DNA from: an uncultured Sneathiellales bacterium
GTDB taxonomy: Bacteria > Pseudomonadota > Alphaproteobacteria > CAYFNG01
Length of the DNA stretch: 64,000 nt
Assembly: GCA_964344385.1 (NCBI GenBank)
Contig: CAYFNG010000004.1
Coordinates: 7,523 to 71,522, forward strand
Direction of reading: 5' to 3'
Shown in pieces: positions 41,634 to 51,014 of this stretch (position 1 is the first letter of the stretch; every line of letters starts with the position of its first letter). The position numbers and the translations under genes are program-made. The notes under the pieces were generated by a model that worked only from the letters and a program-made list of their open reading frames with translations, was not told the origin of the DNA and did no database searches.

Positions 41634-42623
41634 TTAGGGTGAGACCGGGGTCGGCGTAGGAAGCGGCAGGCCCTTTTCCGCCATGACTTGGCGCAGGATA
41701 TCGGGACGGTCGGAAATGATCCCGTCGACCCCGCGGTCGATCAGGGCGGCCATGTCCTCGGCCCGGTTGACGGTCCAGACGATGACGGCAAGTCCGATTC
41801 GCTTGGCCTCGGCCAGGTCTTCGTCGCTCAGGTCCCTGTGATAGGGGGACCAGACCTTGCCACCGGCCGCCTTGATCAGCCGGGGTGGCGACCCGCCATA
41901 GTCGTCGATGTCGAAACCGGCGGTCCATTGCGATGGTCCAGCCTCACCGCGACGCAGATTGTCGAGCCAGTCCTGTTGGGCGGTCAGGTAGACGGTCGGG
42001 ATGTGCGGCGCCAGTTTCTGGGCGATCTGCAGGGTCCGCCAATCGAAACTTTGCAGGCTGACCCTGTCCGCCAGGCCCGCCTTATCGATTTCAGCCAACA
42101 GCGCGCGGACGAAGACCGCAGGCTCGGGTGAAAACTCCGGCCTGGTCGGGGCCAGCTTGGTTTCGATATTGAACCGTACCCGGTCGTTACCGGCCCGCGT
42201 CACCAGTTCAAAGACTTCGGCAAGTTTCGGTATCTTGGTGCCGTCGATGGCTTGTTGGTCGGGGAACCGCTTGGCATAGCGGCTGCCGGGTTTCAGGCGC
42301 CCGACATCGAAGGCCTTCAACTGCGCCAGATCGAGGCTGATGACCGCCGGTCGTTCGAGCAGCCAATTGCCGTCTTCCATGCGGACCAAGTTTGGGTTGA
42401 GGGCCGGGTCATGGGTAACCATCACCCAACCGTCCCGGGCGATCACCGTGTCCAGCTCCAGGGTGGTCACGCCGATACCCAGTGCGGCGGCGAAGGCGGG
42501 CAGGGTGTTTTCCGGATAGAGCCCGCGGGCCCCGCGATGGCCCTGCAGGTCAAAACCGAAAGCAGGTCCGGCCAGGACCGCGCAAAAGGCCGCCGTGACA
42601 ATGGATCTCGTCAATGCACCCAT
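41634..42623 (-). CDS. Secreted glycerophosphodiester phosphodiesterase (GDPD family)
   Basis: Start MGALTRSIVTAAFCAVLAGPAFG (42623, right after the rnr stop). GDPD N-terminal motif QGHRGARGLYPENTLPAF...LELD. Confidence 0.85.
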   Translation of the reverse strand: MGALTRSIVTAAFCAVLAGPAFGFDLQGHRGARGLYPENTLPAFAAALGIGVTTLELDTVIARDGWVMVTHDPALNPNLVRMEDGNWLLERPAVISLDLAQLKAFDVGRLKPGSRYAKRFPDQQAIDGTKIPKLAEVFELVTRAGNDRVRFNIETKLAPTRPEFSPEPAVFVRALLAEIDKAGLADRVSLQSFDWRTLQIAQKLAPHIPTVYLTAQQDWLDNLRRGEAGPSQWTAGFDIDDYGGSPPRLIKAAGGKVWSPYHRDLSDEDLAEAKRIGLAVIVWTVNRAEDMAALIDRGVDGIISDRPDILRQVMAEKGLPLPTPTPVSP

Positions 42624-42624
42624 G

Positions 42625-44871
42625 TTACCTCCCCCGTCTTCGGCCCGATGGCCGGCCACGCCGCTGTGGCCGCCCGCGTCGGGACGCGGGCCGCTTCAAA
42701 TCGTTGCGGTCACCGCCGCCACTAATGATATCGAAGCGCAAGCCACCGGTCACGGTGTCGGCTTCGGCCAGGCGTACTTCCAGGCTGTCACCCAATCGGT
42801 AGACCTTGCCGAAGCGGCGCCCGACCAGGGCATGCAACGCGTCGTCATGGTCGTAATAATCGTCCGGCAGGGCCCGCATCGGAATCAACCCCTCGGCGCC
42901 GGTCTCGATCAATCGCACGAACAGGCCAAAGCGGGTAACCCCGGACACTTCGGCGGGAAATGTTGCGCCAACCTGGCCCGACATGAACACCGTGGTGAAG
43001 CGGTCCAGAGCATCACGCTCGGCCGCCATGGCGCGGCGTTCGGTGCCGGAAATCTCTTCGCCGATGGCGGCGAACTCGGCGACCTCGTCGTCACTCAAGG
43101 CACCGGTGCCCAGTTTCATGCCCCGGATCAGGGCACGGTGGACCAGCAGGTCGGCATAACGCCGGATCGGCGAGGTGAAATGGGCGTAGCGGCTGAGCGC
43201 CAGGCCGAAATGGCCGAGATTGTCGGGCCCGTAATAGGCCTGGGACTGGGTCCTGAGGACCACTTCGTTGACCACCTGCTCGTGGGCCGTGCCCCGGACC
43301 CGGTCCAGCAGACGGTTGAAGATCTTGGGCCGAACGACCTGACCCTTGGCCAGTTTCAGGTCCAGGCTGTCGAGGAAATCGCCCAGGGCCAGAACCTTGT
43401 CGCGCGGCGGCTCTTCGTGGATCCGGTACATGCAGGGCCGGTGCAGCGCTTCCAGGGTTTCGGCGGCGCAGACATTGGCGGCGACCATGAACTCCTCGAT
43501 CAACCGATGGGCATCCAGCCTTTCGCGCGCCTCGACGCTGGCGATGAAGCCGTCGTCGCCGATCACCACCCGGCGCTCCGGCACTTCGATGGCCAGCGGC
43601 TCCCGCCGGGTTCGGGCCTTTTCCAGGGCCCGGTAGGCCCCGTAAAGCGGTTTCAGCACGGGTTCCAGCAGCGGTTCCGTGACCTCGTCCGGCCGGCCGT
43701 CGATCGCCGCCTGGGTCTGGCGGTAGGTCAGCCCGGCCGCCGAGCGCATCAGTCCGCGAACGAACTGGTGGCGCCGTTTGGTGCCGCTCTTGTCGAACCA
43801 CATATGGACCGCCATGCAGGCCCGGTTCTTGGCGGTCTGCAGCGAGCAGAGATTGCTCGACAATTGCTCGGGCAGCATCGGTACCACCCGGTCGGGGAAG
43901 TAGACCGAATTGCCGCGCTTGCGCGCCTCTTTATCCAGGGCGCCGCCGGGCCGGACATAATGGGCGACGTCGGCGATGGCGACGATGACATGCCAGCCGC
44001 CGGGATTGGCCGGGTCCGGATCCGGCTCGGCCCAAACCGCGTCGTCCCGGTCACGGGCATCCACGGGATCGATGGTGATCAATGGGATGTCACGCAGATC
44101 GACGCGCTTGCCCAGTCTCACCGGCTGGGCTGCTTCGGCCTGGGCAATCGCCGCGTCGGGGAATTCCGTCGGAATGCCGTGTTGATGGACCGCGACCAGG
44201 CTCAAGGAACGGGGATCGTTGAGCCCGCCAAGCCGTTCCAGGACCCTAGCGCGACGCAGGCCAAGATCGCGGCCCGGCAGCACCTCGGCCAGGACCACCT
44301 CGCCGCTGACCGCACCTTGGGAATCAGCCCGTTCAACGACCAGGTCGTACTTGACCCGGCGGTCGGTGGGTTGGATGCGGCCATCGGTGCCGACGACGCT
44401 GTAGATCCCCAGCACGCGGCTGGCTGCAGCCTGAATGCGCCGAATCGGTCGGGCATGGTAGGTGTCGCGGTCAACCTTTTCCAGCTTGGCCAGGACCCGG
44501 TCGCCCAGTGTCAACGCGCCGATGCCGCGCACCTGGCCGGCGATGTAAATGCGGGGCGGCGGACCCTCGTCACCGGGCCTCAAGGGGCGGGCCAGCAACT
44601 CACCGTCGACATCGATCTCGTGGATTTCCACCACCATCACCGGCGGCAGGCGGCCCGGTGTCGTGACCCGGCGTTTGCGGCGGGTTTCGATCTGGCCTTC
44701 CGATGCCAGTTCCTTCAGCATCTTCTTCAACCAGATACGGTCGGCGCCACGGATCCCAAAGGCGCGCGCGATCTCGCGCTTGCCGACCTGGTCGGGATTG
44801 TCGCGGATGAATTCCAGCAGCTGGGCCTTGCTGGGCAGGGGCGTGGTTTTGTGTGCCGGCGGCACCATCAA
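42625..44871 (-). CDS. rnr: Ribonuclease R
   Basis: RNB catalytic blocks IDPVDARDRDDAVW, SVYFPDRVVPMLPEQLSSNLCSLQ, FTSPIRRYADLLVHR. S1 domain. Basic Arg-rich C-terminal tail. Confidence 0.95.
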   Translation of the reverse strand: MMVPPAHKTTPLPSKAQLLEFIRDNPDQVGKREIARAFGIRGADRIWLKKMLKELASEGQIETRRKRRVTTPGRLPPVMVVEIHEIDVDGELLARPLRPGDEGPPPRIYIAGQVRGIGALTLGDRVLAKLEKVDRDTYHARPIRRIQAAASRVLGIYSVVGTDGRIQPTDRRVKYDLVVERADSQGAVSGEVVLAEVLPGRDLGLRRARVLERLGGLNDPRSLSLVAVHQHGIPTEFPDAAIAQAEAAQPVRLGKRVDLRDIPLITIDPVDARDRDDAVWAEPDPDPANPGGWHVIVAIADVAHYVRPGGALDKEARKRGNSVYFPDRVVPMLPEQLSSNLCSLQTAKNRACMAVHMWFDKSGTKRRHQFVRGLMRSAAGLTYRQTQAAIDGRPDEVTEPLLEPVLKPLYGAYRALEKARTRREPLAIEVPERRVVIGDDGFIASVEARERLDAHRLIEEFMVAANVCAAETLEALHRPCMYRIHEEPPRDKVLALGDFLDSLDLKLAKGQVVRPKIFNRLLDRVRGTAHEQVVNEVVLRTQSQAYYGPDNLGHFGLALSRYAHFTSPIRRYADLLVHRALIRGMKLGTGALSDDEVAEFAAIGEEISGTERRAMAAERDALDRFTTVFMSGQVGATFPAEVSGVTRFGLFVRLIETGAEGLIPMRALPDDYYDHDDALHALVGRRFGKVYRLGDSLEVRLAEADTVTGGLRFDIISGGGDRNDLKRPASRRGRPQRRGRPSGRRRGR

Positions 44872-47465
44872 TCCGAGGCGCCGGCAGCGGCCTTAGTCTT
44901 CTTCGGTGCGGCTTTCTTTTTCTTGGCGGCCGGTTTCTTGGCCTTGCCCTTGCCGGTTTTGGCGGCCCGTTCGGCCAGCAGCGGCAGCGCCTGTTCCATG
45001 GTCACGCTATCCGGGTCCATGTCCTTAGGCAGTGTCGCGTTGATCTTGCCATGTTTGACGTAGGGGCCGTAACGGCCCTTCATCACGTTGACCGGCTGCC
45101 CGTCATCGGGATGTTCGCCCAGCGCTTTCAGGGGCTCGGCACCCGGGCGGCCGCCCTTGGCCTTGGCGGCGGCGATCAGGTCCACGGCCCGGTTGAGGCC
45201 GATCGATAGCGCGTCCTCGGTGCTGTCCAGCTTGGTGTACTTGGTGTCGTAGCGCAGGTAGGGACCGAAGCGCCCCAGGCCGGCGTTGATCACCTTGCCG
45301 GTTTCGGGGTGCAGTCCGACCCGACGCGGCAGCGAAAGCAGCCGCAGAGCAAAGGCCAAGTCCAGCGACACCGCGGTGATGTCCTTCGGCACCGAAACCC
45401 GCTTCGGCTTGGCATCGTCGGTCGCTTCGCCGAGTTGCAGGTAGATGCCATAGGGCCCCTTGCGCAGGGTGATCGCCAGGCCGGTTTCGGGGTCGTCACC
45501 CAACAGCTTGGGGCCGTTTTCCAAGCCCTCCGGTGCCGCTTCCTCCTCTGATTCGCCGAGTCGGCGGGTGTGACGGCAGTCCGGGTAGTTGGAGCAGCCG
45601 ACAAAGGCGCCGAACTTGCCGAGCTTGAGGCTCAGCCGCCCATCTTCGCATTGCGGGCAGGCGCGGGGATCGCCGCCGCCCTCGGGCGCCGGGAAGATAT
45701 GTGGTTCCAGGATCTGGTTGACCGCTTCCAGAATGTCGCGGGTCCGCAACTCGCCGGTGCTGTCGACCGCCAGCTTGAAGTCGTTCCAGAAATCCTGCAG
45801 CACCTGCTTCCAGTCAATGCGGCGGTCGGAAATCTCGTCCAGTTGCTCTTCCAGGGCAGCGGTGAAGTCGTATTCCACATAACGGGTGAAGAAGCTGGTC
45901 AGGAAGGCGGTGACGATGCGGCCCTTCTCTTCCGGCAGGAAACGCTTCTTTTCCAGCCGAACATAACCGCGGTCCTGCAGCACGCCGAGAATCGCGGCAT
46001 AGGTCGAGGGGCGGCCGATACCCAGTTCCTCAAGCCGCTTGACCAGTGAGGCTTCGCTGAAGCGGGGCGGCGGTTCGGTGAAATGTTGTTCGGGCTTGGT
46101 GGCGGTGTTTTCCAGCGCCTCGTCGCGCGTGACCTTCGGCAGACGGCGGTCTTCGTCCGCATCGCCATTGTCGTCGCTTCCCTCTTCGTAGAGTTTCAGG
46201 AAGCCGGGGTGCAGGATGACACTGCCATTGGCCCGCAGGGTGAAAGCCTGGTCGCCCGAAATGATATCAACGGTGGTGCGTTCCAGCTTGGCGCTTTCCA
46301 TCTGGCTCGCCACCGCGCGCTGCCAGATCAGCGAATACAGCTTGAACTGGTCGGTATCCAGGGCTTGGCGGATGGCCTGCGGCCGGCGCCAGGGGTCGGT
46401 TGGGCGGATCGCCTCATGGGCTTCCTGGGCGTTCTTGGCCTTGCTCTTGTAGACGCGCGGCGACTGAGGCAGGTAGTCGTTGCCGAAATCCTTGTCGATG
46501 ACTTGGCGGATGGCGGCGATCGCTTCGCCGGCCAACTGCACGCCGTCGGTACGCATATAGGTGATCAGGCCAACCGCTTCGCCGTTGATCTCGATGCCCT
46601 CGTAAAGGCGCTGGGCGACCCGCATGGTGTGGGTGGCACTGAAGCCCAGCTTGCGCGACGCTTCCTGCTGCAGGGTCGAGGTGATGAAGGGCGGTTTTGG
46701 GTTGCGGCTGGCCGGCTTGGTGGCGACTTCGGCGACCCTGAAGCTGCCGCTCTCCAGCCGGCGCTTCAAGCCCTCGGCCGCTTCGGCGTCAGGAATGTCG
46801 TAACGGTCCAGCTTGGCGCCGTCGGCATGGGTCAGCCGGGCGGTCAACATTGCGTTCTTGGGAGTTTGGAAATCGACGTCGATGCTCCAATATTCCCGCG
46901 GCCGGAAGGCCTCGATCTCCTGCTCGCGTTCGCAGATGATCCGCAGCGCCACCGACTGGACCCGGCCCGCCGAACGCGCGCCCGGCAGCTTGCGCCATAG
47001 CACCGGCGACAGGGTGAAGCCGACCAGATAGTCGAGGGCCCGGCGCGCCTGTTGGGCATTGACCAGGGCCATGTCCAGGTCGCGGGGATTGCGCATCGCA
47101 TCGGTAACCGCCGACTTGGTGATCGCGTTGAACACGATGCGCCGCACCGGGATATCGCCGATTGCCTTCTTTTCCTTCAGGGCCTCCAAAACGTGCCAGG
47201 AAATCGCCTCGCCCTCGCGATCCGGGTCAGTGGCCAGATACAGCGCGTCGGCCTGCTTGACGGCCTGCGCGATCTCGCGCAGCTGTTTGGACGATTTCGG
47301 ATCCGCCTGATAGGTCATGGCGAAATCCTCGTCGGGGCGTACCGAACCGTCCTTGGCCGGCAGGTCCCGGACATGGCCATAGGACGCCAGCACCTTGACG
47401 TTGCCGCCGAGGTATTTGTTGATGGTTTTCGCCTTGGCCGGCGATTCAACGATGACAACGTCCAT
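44868..47465 (-). CDS. topA: DNA topoisomerase I
   Basis: MDVVIVESPAKAKTINKYLG (TOPRIM). LYLATDPDREGEAISWH. ITYMRTDG (active-site Tyr region). C-terminal Cys4 zinc ribbon CPQCEDG...CSNYPDC and a Lys-rich tail. Confidence 0.95.
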   Translation of the reverse strand: MDVVIVESPAKAKTINKYLGGNVKVLASYGHVRDLPAKDGSVRPDEDFAMTYQADPKSSKQLREIAQAVKQADALYLATDPDREGEAISWHVLEALKEKKAIGDIPVRRIVFNAITKSAVTDAMRNPRDLDMALVNAQQARRALDYLVGFTLSPVLWRKLPGARSAGRVQSVALRIICEREQEIEAFRPREYWSIDVDFQTPKNAMLTARLTHADGAKLDRYDIPDAEAAEGLKRRLESGSFRVAEVATKPASRNPKPPFITSTLQQEASRKLGFSATHTMRVAQRLYEGIEINGEAVGLITYMRTDGVQLAGEAIAAIRQVIDKDFGNDYLPQSPRVYKSKAKNAQEAHEAIRPTDPWRRPQAIRQALDTDQFKLYSLIWQRAVASQMESAKLERTTVDIISGDQAFTLRANGSVILHPGFLKLYEEGSDDNGDADEDRRLPKVTRDEALENTATKPEQHFTEPPPRFSEASLVKRLEELGIGRPSTYAAILGVLQDRGYVRLEKKRFLPEEKGRIVTAFLTSFFTRYVEYDFTAALEEQLDEISDRRIDWKQVLQDFWNDFKLAVDSTGELRTRDILEAVNQILEPHIFPAPEGGGDPRACPQCEDGRLSLKLGKFGAFVGCSNYPDCRHTRRLGESEEEAAPEGLENGPKLLGDDPETGLAITLRKGPYGIYLQLGEATDDAKPKRVSVPKDITAVSLDLAFALRLLSLPRRVGLHPETGKVINAGLGRFGPYLRYDTKYTKLDSTEDALSIGLNRAVDLIAAAKAKGGRPGAEPLKALGEHPDDGQPVNVMKGRYGPYVKHGKINATLPKDMDPDSVTMEQALPLLAERAAKTGKGKAKKPAAKKKKAAPKKTKAAAGASD

Positions 47466-47524
47466 GTAGACCCGCGCCGCTCATGTCATTTGCTCCGGTC
47501 TAGGAGCGGAGTGATAATGTTTCG

Positions 47525-48646
47525 TTAACCGAGGGAAACCTTATGGCCGGGATGCCGTTCCAGGCGCCCGGCCAGCTCAAGCTCGAGCAAAATGGTCAAA
47601 ACCGCACTGGCTGTCAAATGGCACTGTCGGATCAATTCGTCAACCTCGACCGGCACGGGGCCGAGTTTTTCCACCACCGCCGCCCGAGCCGTTGCCAGTT
47701 CGCCATCGTCCGGTAGACCGCCCGACGCAGGTTCGTAGCGCTCCGGGCCGGGCTCCCTCAGCCGCCGTTGTGCCATGTCGGCCAGGACAGGCAGGATGTC
47801 ATCCAGGCCTTCGGTCAGGACGGCGCCGTTGCGGATCAGCCGGTTGGTGCCGCGGGCTCTGGGGTCCAGCGGCGATCCCGGCACCGCGAACACCTCGCGA
47901 CCCTGTTCGGCGGCGAGCCGGGCGGTGATCAGGGAGCCGGACCTCAGCGCTGCTTCGACCACCAGGAGGCCGAGCGCCAATCCGGAGATCAAGCGGTTGC
48001 GGCGCGGGAAGTGCCGACCCTGGGGCCGGGTGCCGACCGGCATTTCGGCGACCAGTAATCCGGTTTCCGCGATCCGTTCATAAAGGTCCTGGTTTTCCGG
48101 CGGGTAGACGATATCGATCCCGCCGGCCAGAACCGCGATGGTGCCCCCCGCCAGGGCACCCGTATGGGCGGCCGTGTCGATACCGCGGGCAAGTCCGGAA
48201 ACCACGGGATAGCCGGCTGCGGCCAATTCTCCGGCGATTTGCCGGGTGAAGCGATGGCCGACGCCCGAAGCGTTGCGGGCGCCGACGACACCCATGGCCG
48301 GTTGGTGCAACAACGCGATCCGGCCCTTGACGCTGAGCAGGGGCGGCGGGTCGTGGATTGCCAACAGGGCGGGCGAATAGGCCGGCTCGCAGGACGCCAG
48401 CAACCGCGCACCGGACGCTTCGAGGTCGGCGAGTTCGCGCTCGGCGGCGGATTTGGGCCAGGTCTCGACAGCGCCGCGGCGGCCGCCACGCCGGGCCAGT
48501 TCCGGCAGCGCTTCCAGGGCCGCCGTCGCCGAGCCGAACCGGTCCAGCAACTGGTAGAAGGTGACCGGCCCGACATTCGGCGACCGGATCAGCCTGAGCC
48601 AGTCGATACGCTCGGAAAGCGTGAGTTCGATGATTTTCACCCGCAT
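47525..48646 (-). CDS. dprA: DNA-processing protein DprA (Smf)
   Basis: Start at MRVKIIELTLSERIDWLRL (ATG 48646). GVVGARNASGVG...VVSGLARGIDTAAH...GTIAVLAGGID..YP. Confidence 0.9.
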   Translation of the reverse strand: MRVKIIELTLSERIDWLRLIRSPNVGPVTFYQLLDRFGSATAALEALPELARRGGRRGAVETWPKSAAERELADLEASGARLLASCEPAYSPALLAIHDPPPLLSVKGRIALLHQPAMGVVGARNASGVGHRFTRQIAGELAAAGYPVVSGLARGIDTAAHTGALAGGTIAVLAGGIDIVYPPENQDLYERIAETGLLVAEMPVGTRPQGRHFPRRNRLISGLALGLLVVEAALRSGSLITARLAAEQGREVFAVPGSPLDPRARGTNRLIRNGAVLTEGLDDILPVLADMAQRRLREPGPERYEPASGGLPDDGELATARAAVVEKLGPVPVEVDELIRQCHLTASAVLTILLELELAGRLERHPGHKVSLG

Positions 48647-48774
48647 GTGGTGAACATGCGGGAGATCGCCGGCGGGGTCAATGGCCGCGCAATTTCCACA
48701 GAATGGATCACGCGCCGGTCCAGCGGGGCCGAGGCAGGGCAAGGATACCGGGGTCTTTCCATCTCCGCTCGGCC

Positions 48775-49698
48775 CTAGATCGCCTGAAAGAATGCCGGGT
48801 CGATCACCACTTCCTCGACCATCCGGGTCGACAGGCCCAACTCAAGCTGTTTCAGGATTTCGCAGAAATAGTCGCCGTCCACCAGATCGATCGCCAAGGC
48901 CCCGTCGCGTTGCGCCTCGATCTGGGCGTCGCGGGTGAAGGTGCCGGTGGTGAAGAATATCCCCTTGTCGGTCTTGGCGCTCATCGATCCGCGAAAGTTG
49001 CGGATCTCCGGCGAGCTGACCCGGCCCGCATATTTCTTGCACTGGAAACTGACGTGAAACGACAGCAGCTTGACCCTGAGGACACCGACGCCGTCGATCC
49101 CGCCATCACCGGACCGGCCGGTGATCTCTACTTTCGAAAACCCATATTCCCGCAGCATGCGCTGGCACAGGCGTTCGAACGCGTCCGGCGTGGTGGCCCG
49201 GATGATCTCCAGCACCTGGTCCTTCCAGTCCACGGCGACGTCCGCAATCACCGCTTCCTTGGGCTCGGACGTCTGGACGGCGCCTTCGCGGCGATATTTC
49301 GAGATATCCCGGGCGAGCTTGACCAACTGGTCGATATCGGCGGCCGAAACGGTCCGGCCGAATTCGGTGACCGACCAGATCGCGCGCCCGCTGCGTTCCA
49401 GCGCCCCGACATATTTCAGATAAGTCCGAGCCCAGGCGAGATTGTATTCCAGCTTGGTCTGGCGGCCGTCGCTGTGCGGTTCGTCGACGATCGTGTCGCC
49501 GAAGCCTTCCTGGCGGATCACCTCCTCGAGCATTTCACCGTTCGAGGCGGAACCACCTTTCGATTTTAGTGCACGGAGAGCGGGGAACATCAGTGCCTTG
49601 AAACTCGGGACTTTTGTCAAATATTGCAGCTCCCACCGTGTGACATCAGGCTGCCCGGCAGGTTCTAACAAAAGATGAACGTCGGACAGTAGCGCCAT
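48775..49698 (-). CDS. mrr: Mrr-family type IV restriction endonuclease (Mrr_N winged helix plus Mrr catalytic domain)
   Basis: N-terminal FKALMFPALRALKSKGGSASNGEMLEEV. C-terminal FERLCQRMLREYGF..VEITGRSGDGGIDGVGVL...FQCKKY (D-x-(Q/E)xK-like nuclease core). Confidence 0.8.
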   Translation of the reverse strand: MALLSDVHLLLEPAGQPDVTRWELQYLTKVPSFKALMFPALRALKSKGGSASNGEMLEEVIRQEGFGDTIVDEPHSDGRQTKLEYNLAWARTYLKYVGALERSGRAIWSVTEFGRTVSAADIDQLVKLARDISKYRREGAVQTSEPKEAVIADVAVDWKDQVLEIIRATTPDAFERLCQRMLREYGFSKVEITGRSGDGGIDGVGVLRVKLLSFHVSFQCKKYAGRVSSPEIRNFRGSMSAKTDKGIFFTTGTFTRDAQIEAQRDGALAIDLVDGDYFCEILKQLELGLSTRMVEEVVIDPAFFQAI

Positions 49699-49801
49699 TT
49701 TAAGGCTATATAGGTGGTGGCCGCGCGGGTTTCGAGCCCCATTGTATTGCTACTAATAGTAGATAAAATTTGCGTCTAGTGTCGAAAGTAGTTGAGAGGG
49801 G

Positions 49802-50167
49802 CTATCCATCCTCGGGCCGCAACACAATGGGCTCGCCGTGCGGGGTGCGGGCCACGGCGGCGGCCCAGGCGGATTTGCGCCGCCCCAGATCGTCACCGGA
49901 GAGAACGCCCTTGGCCGCGACCAGCTTTTCCAGGGCCGCCAACCACAGCATGTAATAGGCCTCGCCATGGGTCGGCTGACCGCTGTTCTGTGCCGCCGCG
50001 ATTTCGGCGGAAAACTGCTCGACCCATTCGGGCCAGGTAAACTGGCCGGCCTCGTTGAGCTTCAGGGTCAGTGCGAAGGCCTGGGCCTCCCAGGGTTCGC
50101 GGAATACCGGGCCGTCATCGTCACGGGGAAGGGCAGGCAGGTCGTCGAGTTTGGCGGTGTCGGTCAC
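49802..50167 (-). CDS. Nitrile hydratase accessory (activator, P14K-like) protein
   Basis: PVFREPWEAQAFALTLKL...WPEWVEQFSAEI...YYMLWLAALEKLVAAKGV, which is beta-subunit-like and typical of NHase activators. Downstream of the NHase genes. Confidence 0.8.
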   Translation of the reverse strand: MTDTAKLDDLPALPRDDDGPVFREPWEAQAFALTLKLNEAGQFTWPEWVEQFSAEIAAAQNSGQPTHGEAYYMLWLAALEKLVAAKGVLSGDDLGRRKSAWAAAVARTPHGEPIVLRPEDG

Positions 50168-50341
50168 GGACGCGGTTTCCTTTCAGTGCCAGGGGCGGCC
50201 TGCTTCAAGACGCGGACCTGCGGTCCGCTCCTCAGCATGAGGGCGTCACCTGGGTTTAGACGCCTGCCGCGCCGCCACGGTCTCGCCTCATCCTGAGGAA
50301 GGTCGAAGGCCCGTCTCAAAGGATGTGGCAAGCGCACCATC

Positions 50342-50701
50342 TCAGGCCGGCTCCAGGTAGTTGTCCCAGAGGTCGATATGGATGATTTGCGTCGGGTCGC
50401 CGTCCGGGCCCCAGACCTCTTCCCCGGTGAAGCGGACACTATAGACGTGCTGCGGTGACTTGCCCCGCTCGTGGGCGTTGGTGTCGGGCCAGATGAAGAC
50501 GCCGTGGTCGATGGCGATGGTGCCGGTGCGGCCGCGGATGTAGCGGGGCGCCCTGGTATGGTTCAGGGGGTGGAAGTTGCGGACCGTGACCCGGTCACCG
50601 ACCCGGAACTTGGGCGGGATATTCTCATCGACCCGGCAGGACGTCCCCTTTTTCAGCCAGGACTCGACCCGGTCGGCGGCCAGGGCCCGGAGCTTAGCCA
50701 T
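50342..50701 (-). CDS. Nitrile-hydratase beta subunit, C-terminal half, encoded as a separate ORF
   Basis: FRVGDRVTVRNFHPLNHTRAPRYIRGRTGTIAIDHGVFIWPDTNAHERGKSPQHVYSVRFTGEEVWG...IDLWDNYLEPA. Its own ATG is preceded by AAGGAGG. Confidence 0.8.
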   Translation of the reverse strand: MAKLRALAADRVESWLKKGTSCRVDENIPPKFRVGDRVTVRNFHPLNHTRAPRYIRGRTGTIAIDHGVFIWPDTNAHERGKSPQHVYSVRFTGEEVWGPDGDPTQIIHIDLWDNYLEPA

Positions 50702-51008
50702 TCTCAGCCTCCTTGAGCTCGGCCATGCGCGCGGCGATCTCCTGCTCGGTCAGCAGGCCCTTGTCGACCAGCAGCCGTTCCAATCCGTGCAGCCAGTGTT
50801 CGTAGTACGAGCTGGCCAGGTAGGTGGCCGGGTCCATGGTCTCGCGGGCATAACGCGACATGTCGATATTCCATCGGCCCAGGGCACCGGCGGCAATGGT
50901 GATGGCGAAGCAGCGCCGCTCCCATTCGGTATGGAAGACTGGTTCGTCCGCCTCGTATTCGATCGGTCCGAGGCCTTCCAGCCCGCCGAGATCGTGGATG
51001 CCGTCCAT
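50694..51008 (-). CDS. Nitrile-hydratase beta subunit, N-terminal half, encoded as a separate ORF
   Basis: MDGIHDLGGLEGLGPIEYEADEPVFHTEWERRCFAITIA...SSYYEHWLHGLERLLVDKGLLT. The stop overlaps the next ATG (ATGGCTAA). Confidence 0.8.
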   Translation of the reverse strand: MDGIHDLGGLEGLGPIEYEADEPVFHTEWERRCFAITIAAGALGRWNIDMSRYARETMDPATYLASSYYEHWLHGLERLLVDKGLLTEQEIAARMAELKEAENG

Positions 51009-51014
51009 CGTCCC

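Noticed and set aside
42595-45063. 822-aa plus-strand ORF, the longest plus-strand ORF in this area
   Set aside because: It is entirely antisense to RNase R and the end of topA. Its translation is Gly/Ala/Arg/Pro/Asp-rich with no recognisable motifs, while the opposite strand has unmistakable RNB/S1 and topoisomerase motifs. This is a typical high-GC antisense ORF.
49713-49741. tRNA-like 3' fragment (ggtggtggccgcgcgggtttcgagcccca) upstream of mrr, as a possible integration-site remnant
   Set aside because: Only a 3-bp T-stem can be drawn around TTTCGAG. There is no acceptor stem, no CCA context and no matching direct repeat on the other side of mrr. It is too weak to call.
50690-50705. The split nitrile hydratase beta subunit as a frameshift pseudogene
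   Set aside because: Not adopted as the primary reading. The second half has its own ATG with AAGGAGG 6 nt upstream, the overlap is the classic ATGGCTAA coupling arrangement, both halves are full-length, and the break lies in the linker. It remains the main alternative and is listed under would_refute for that finding.
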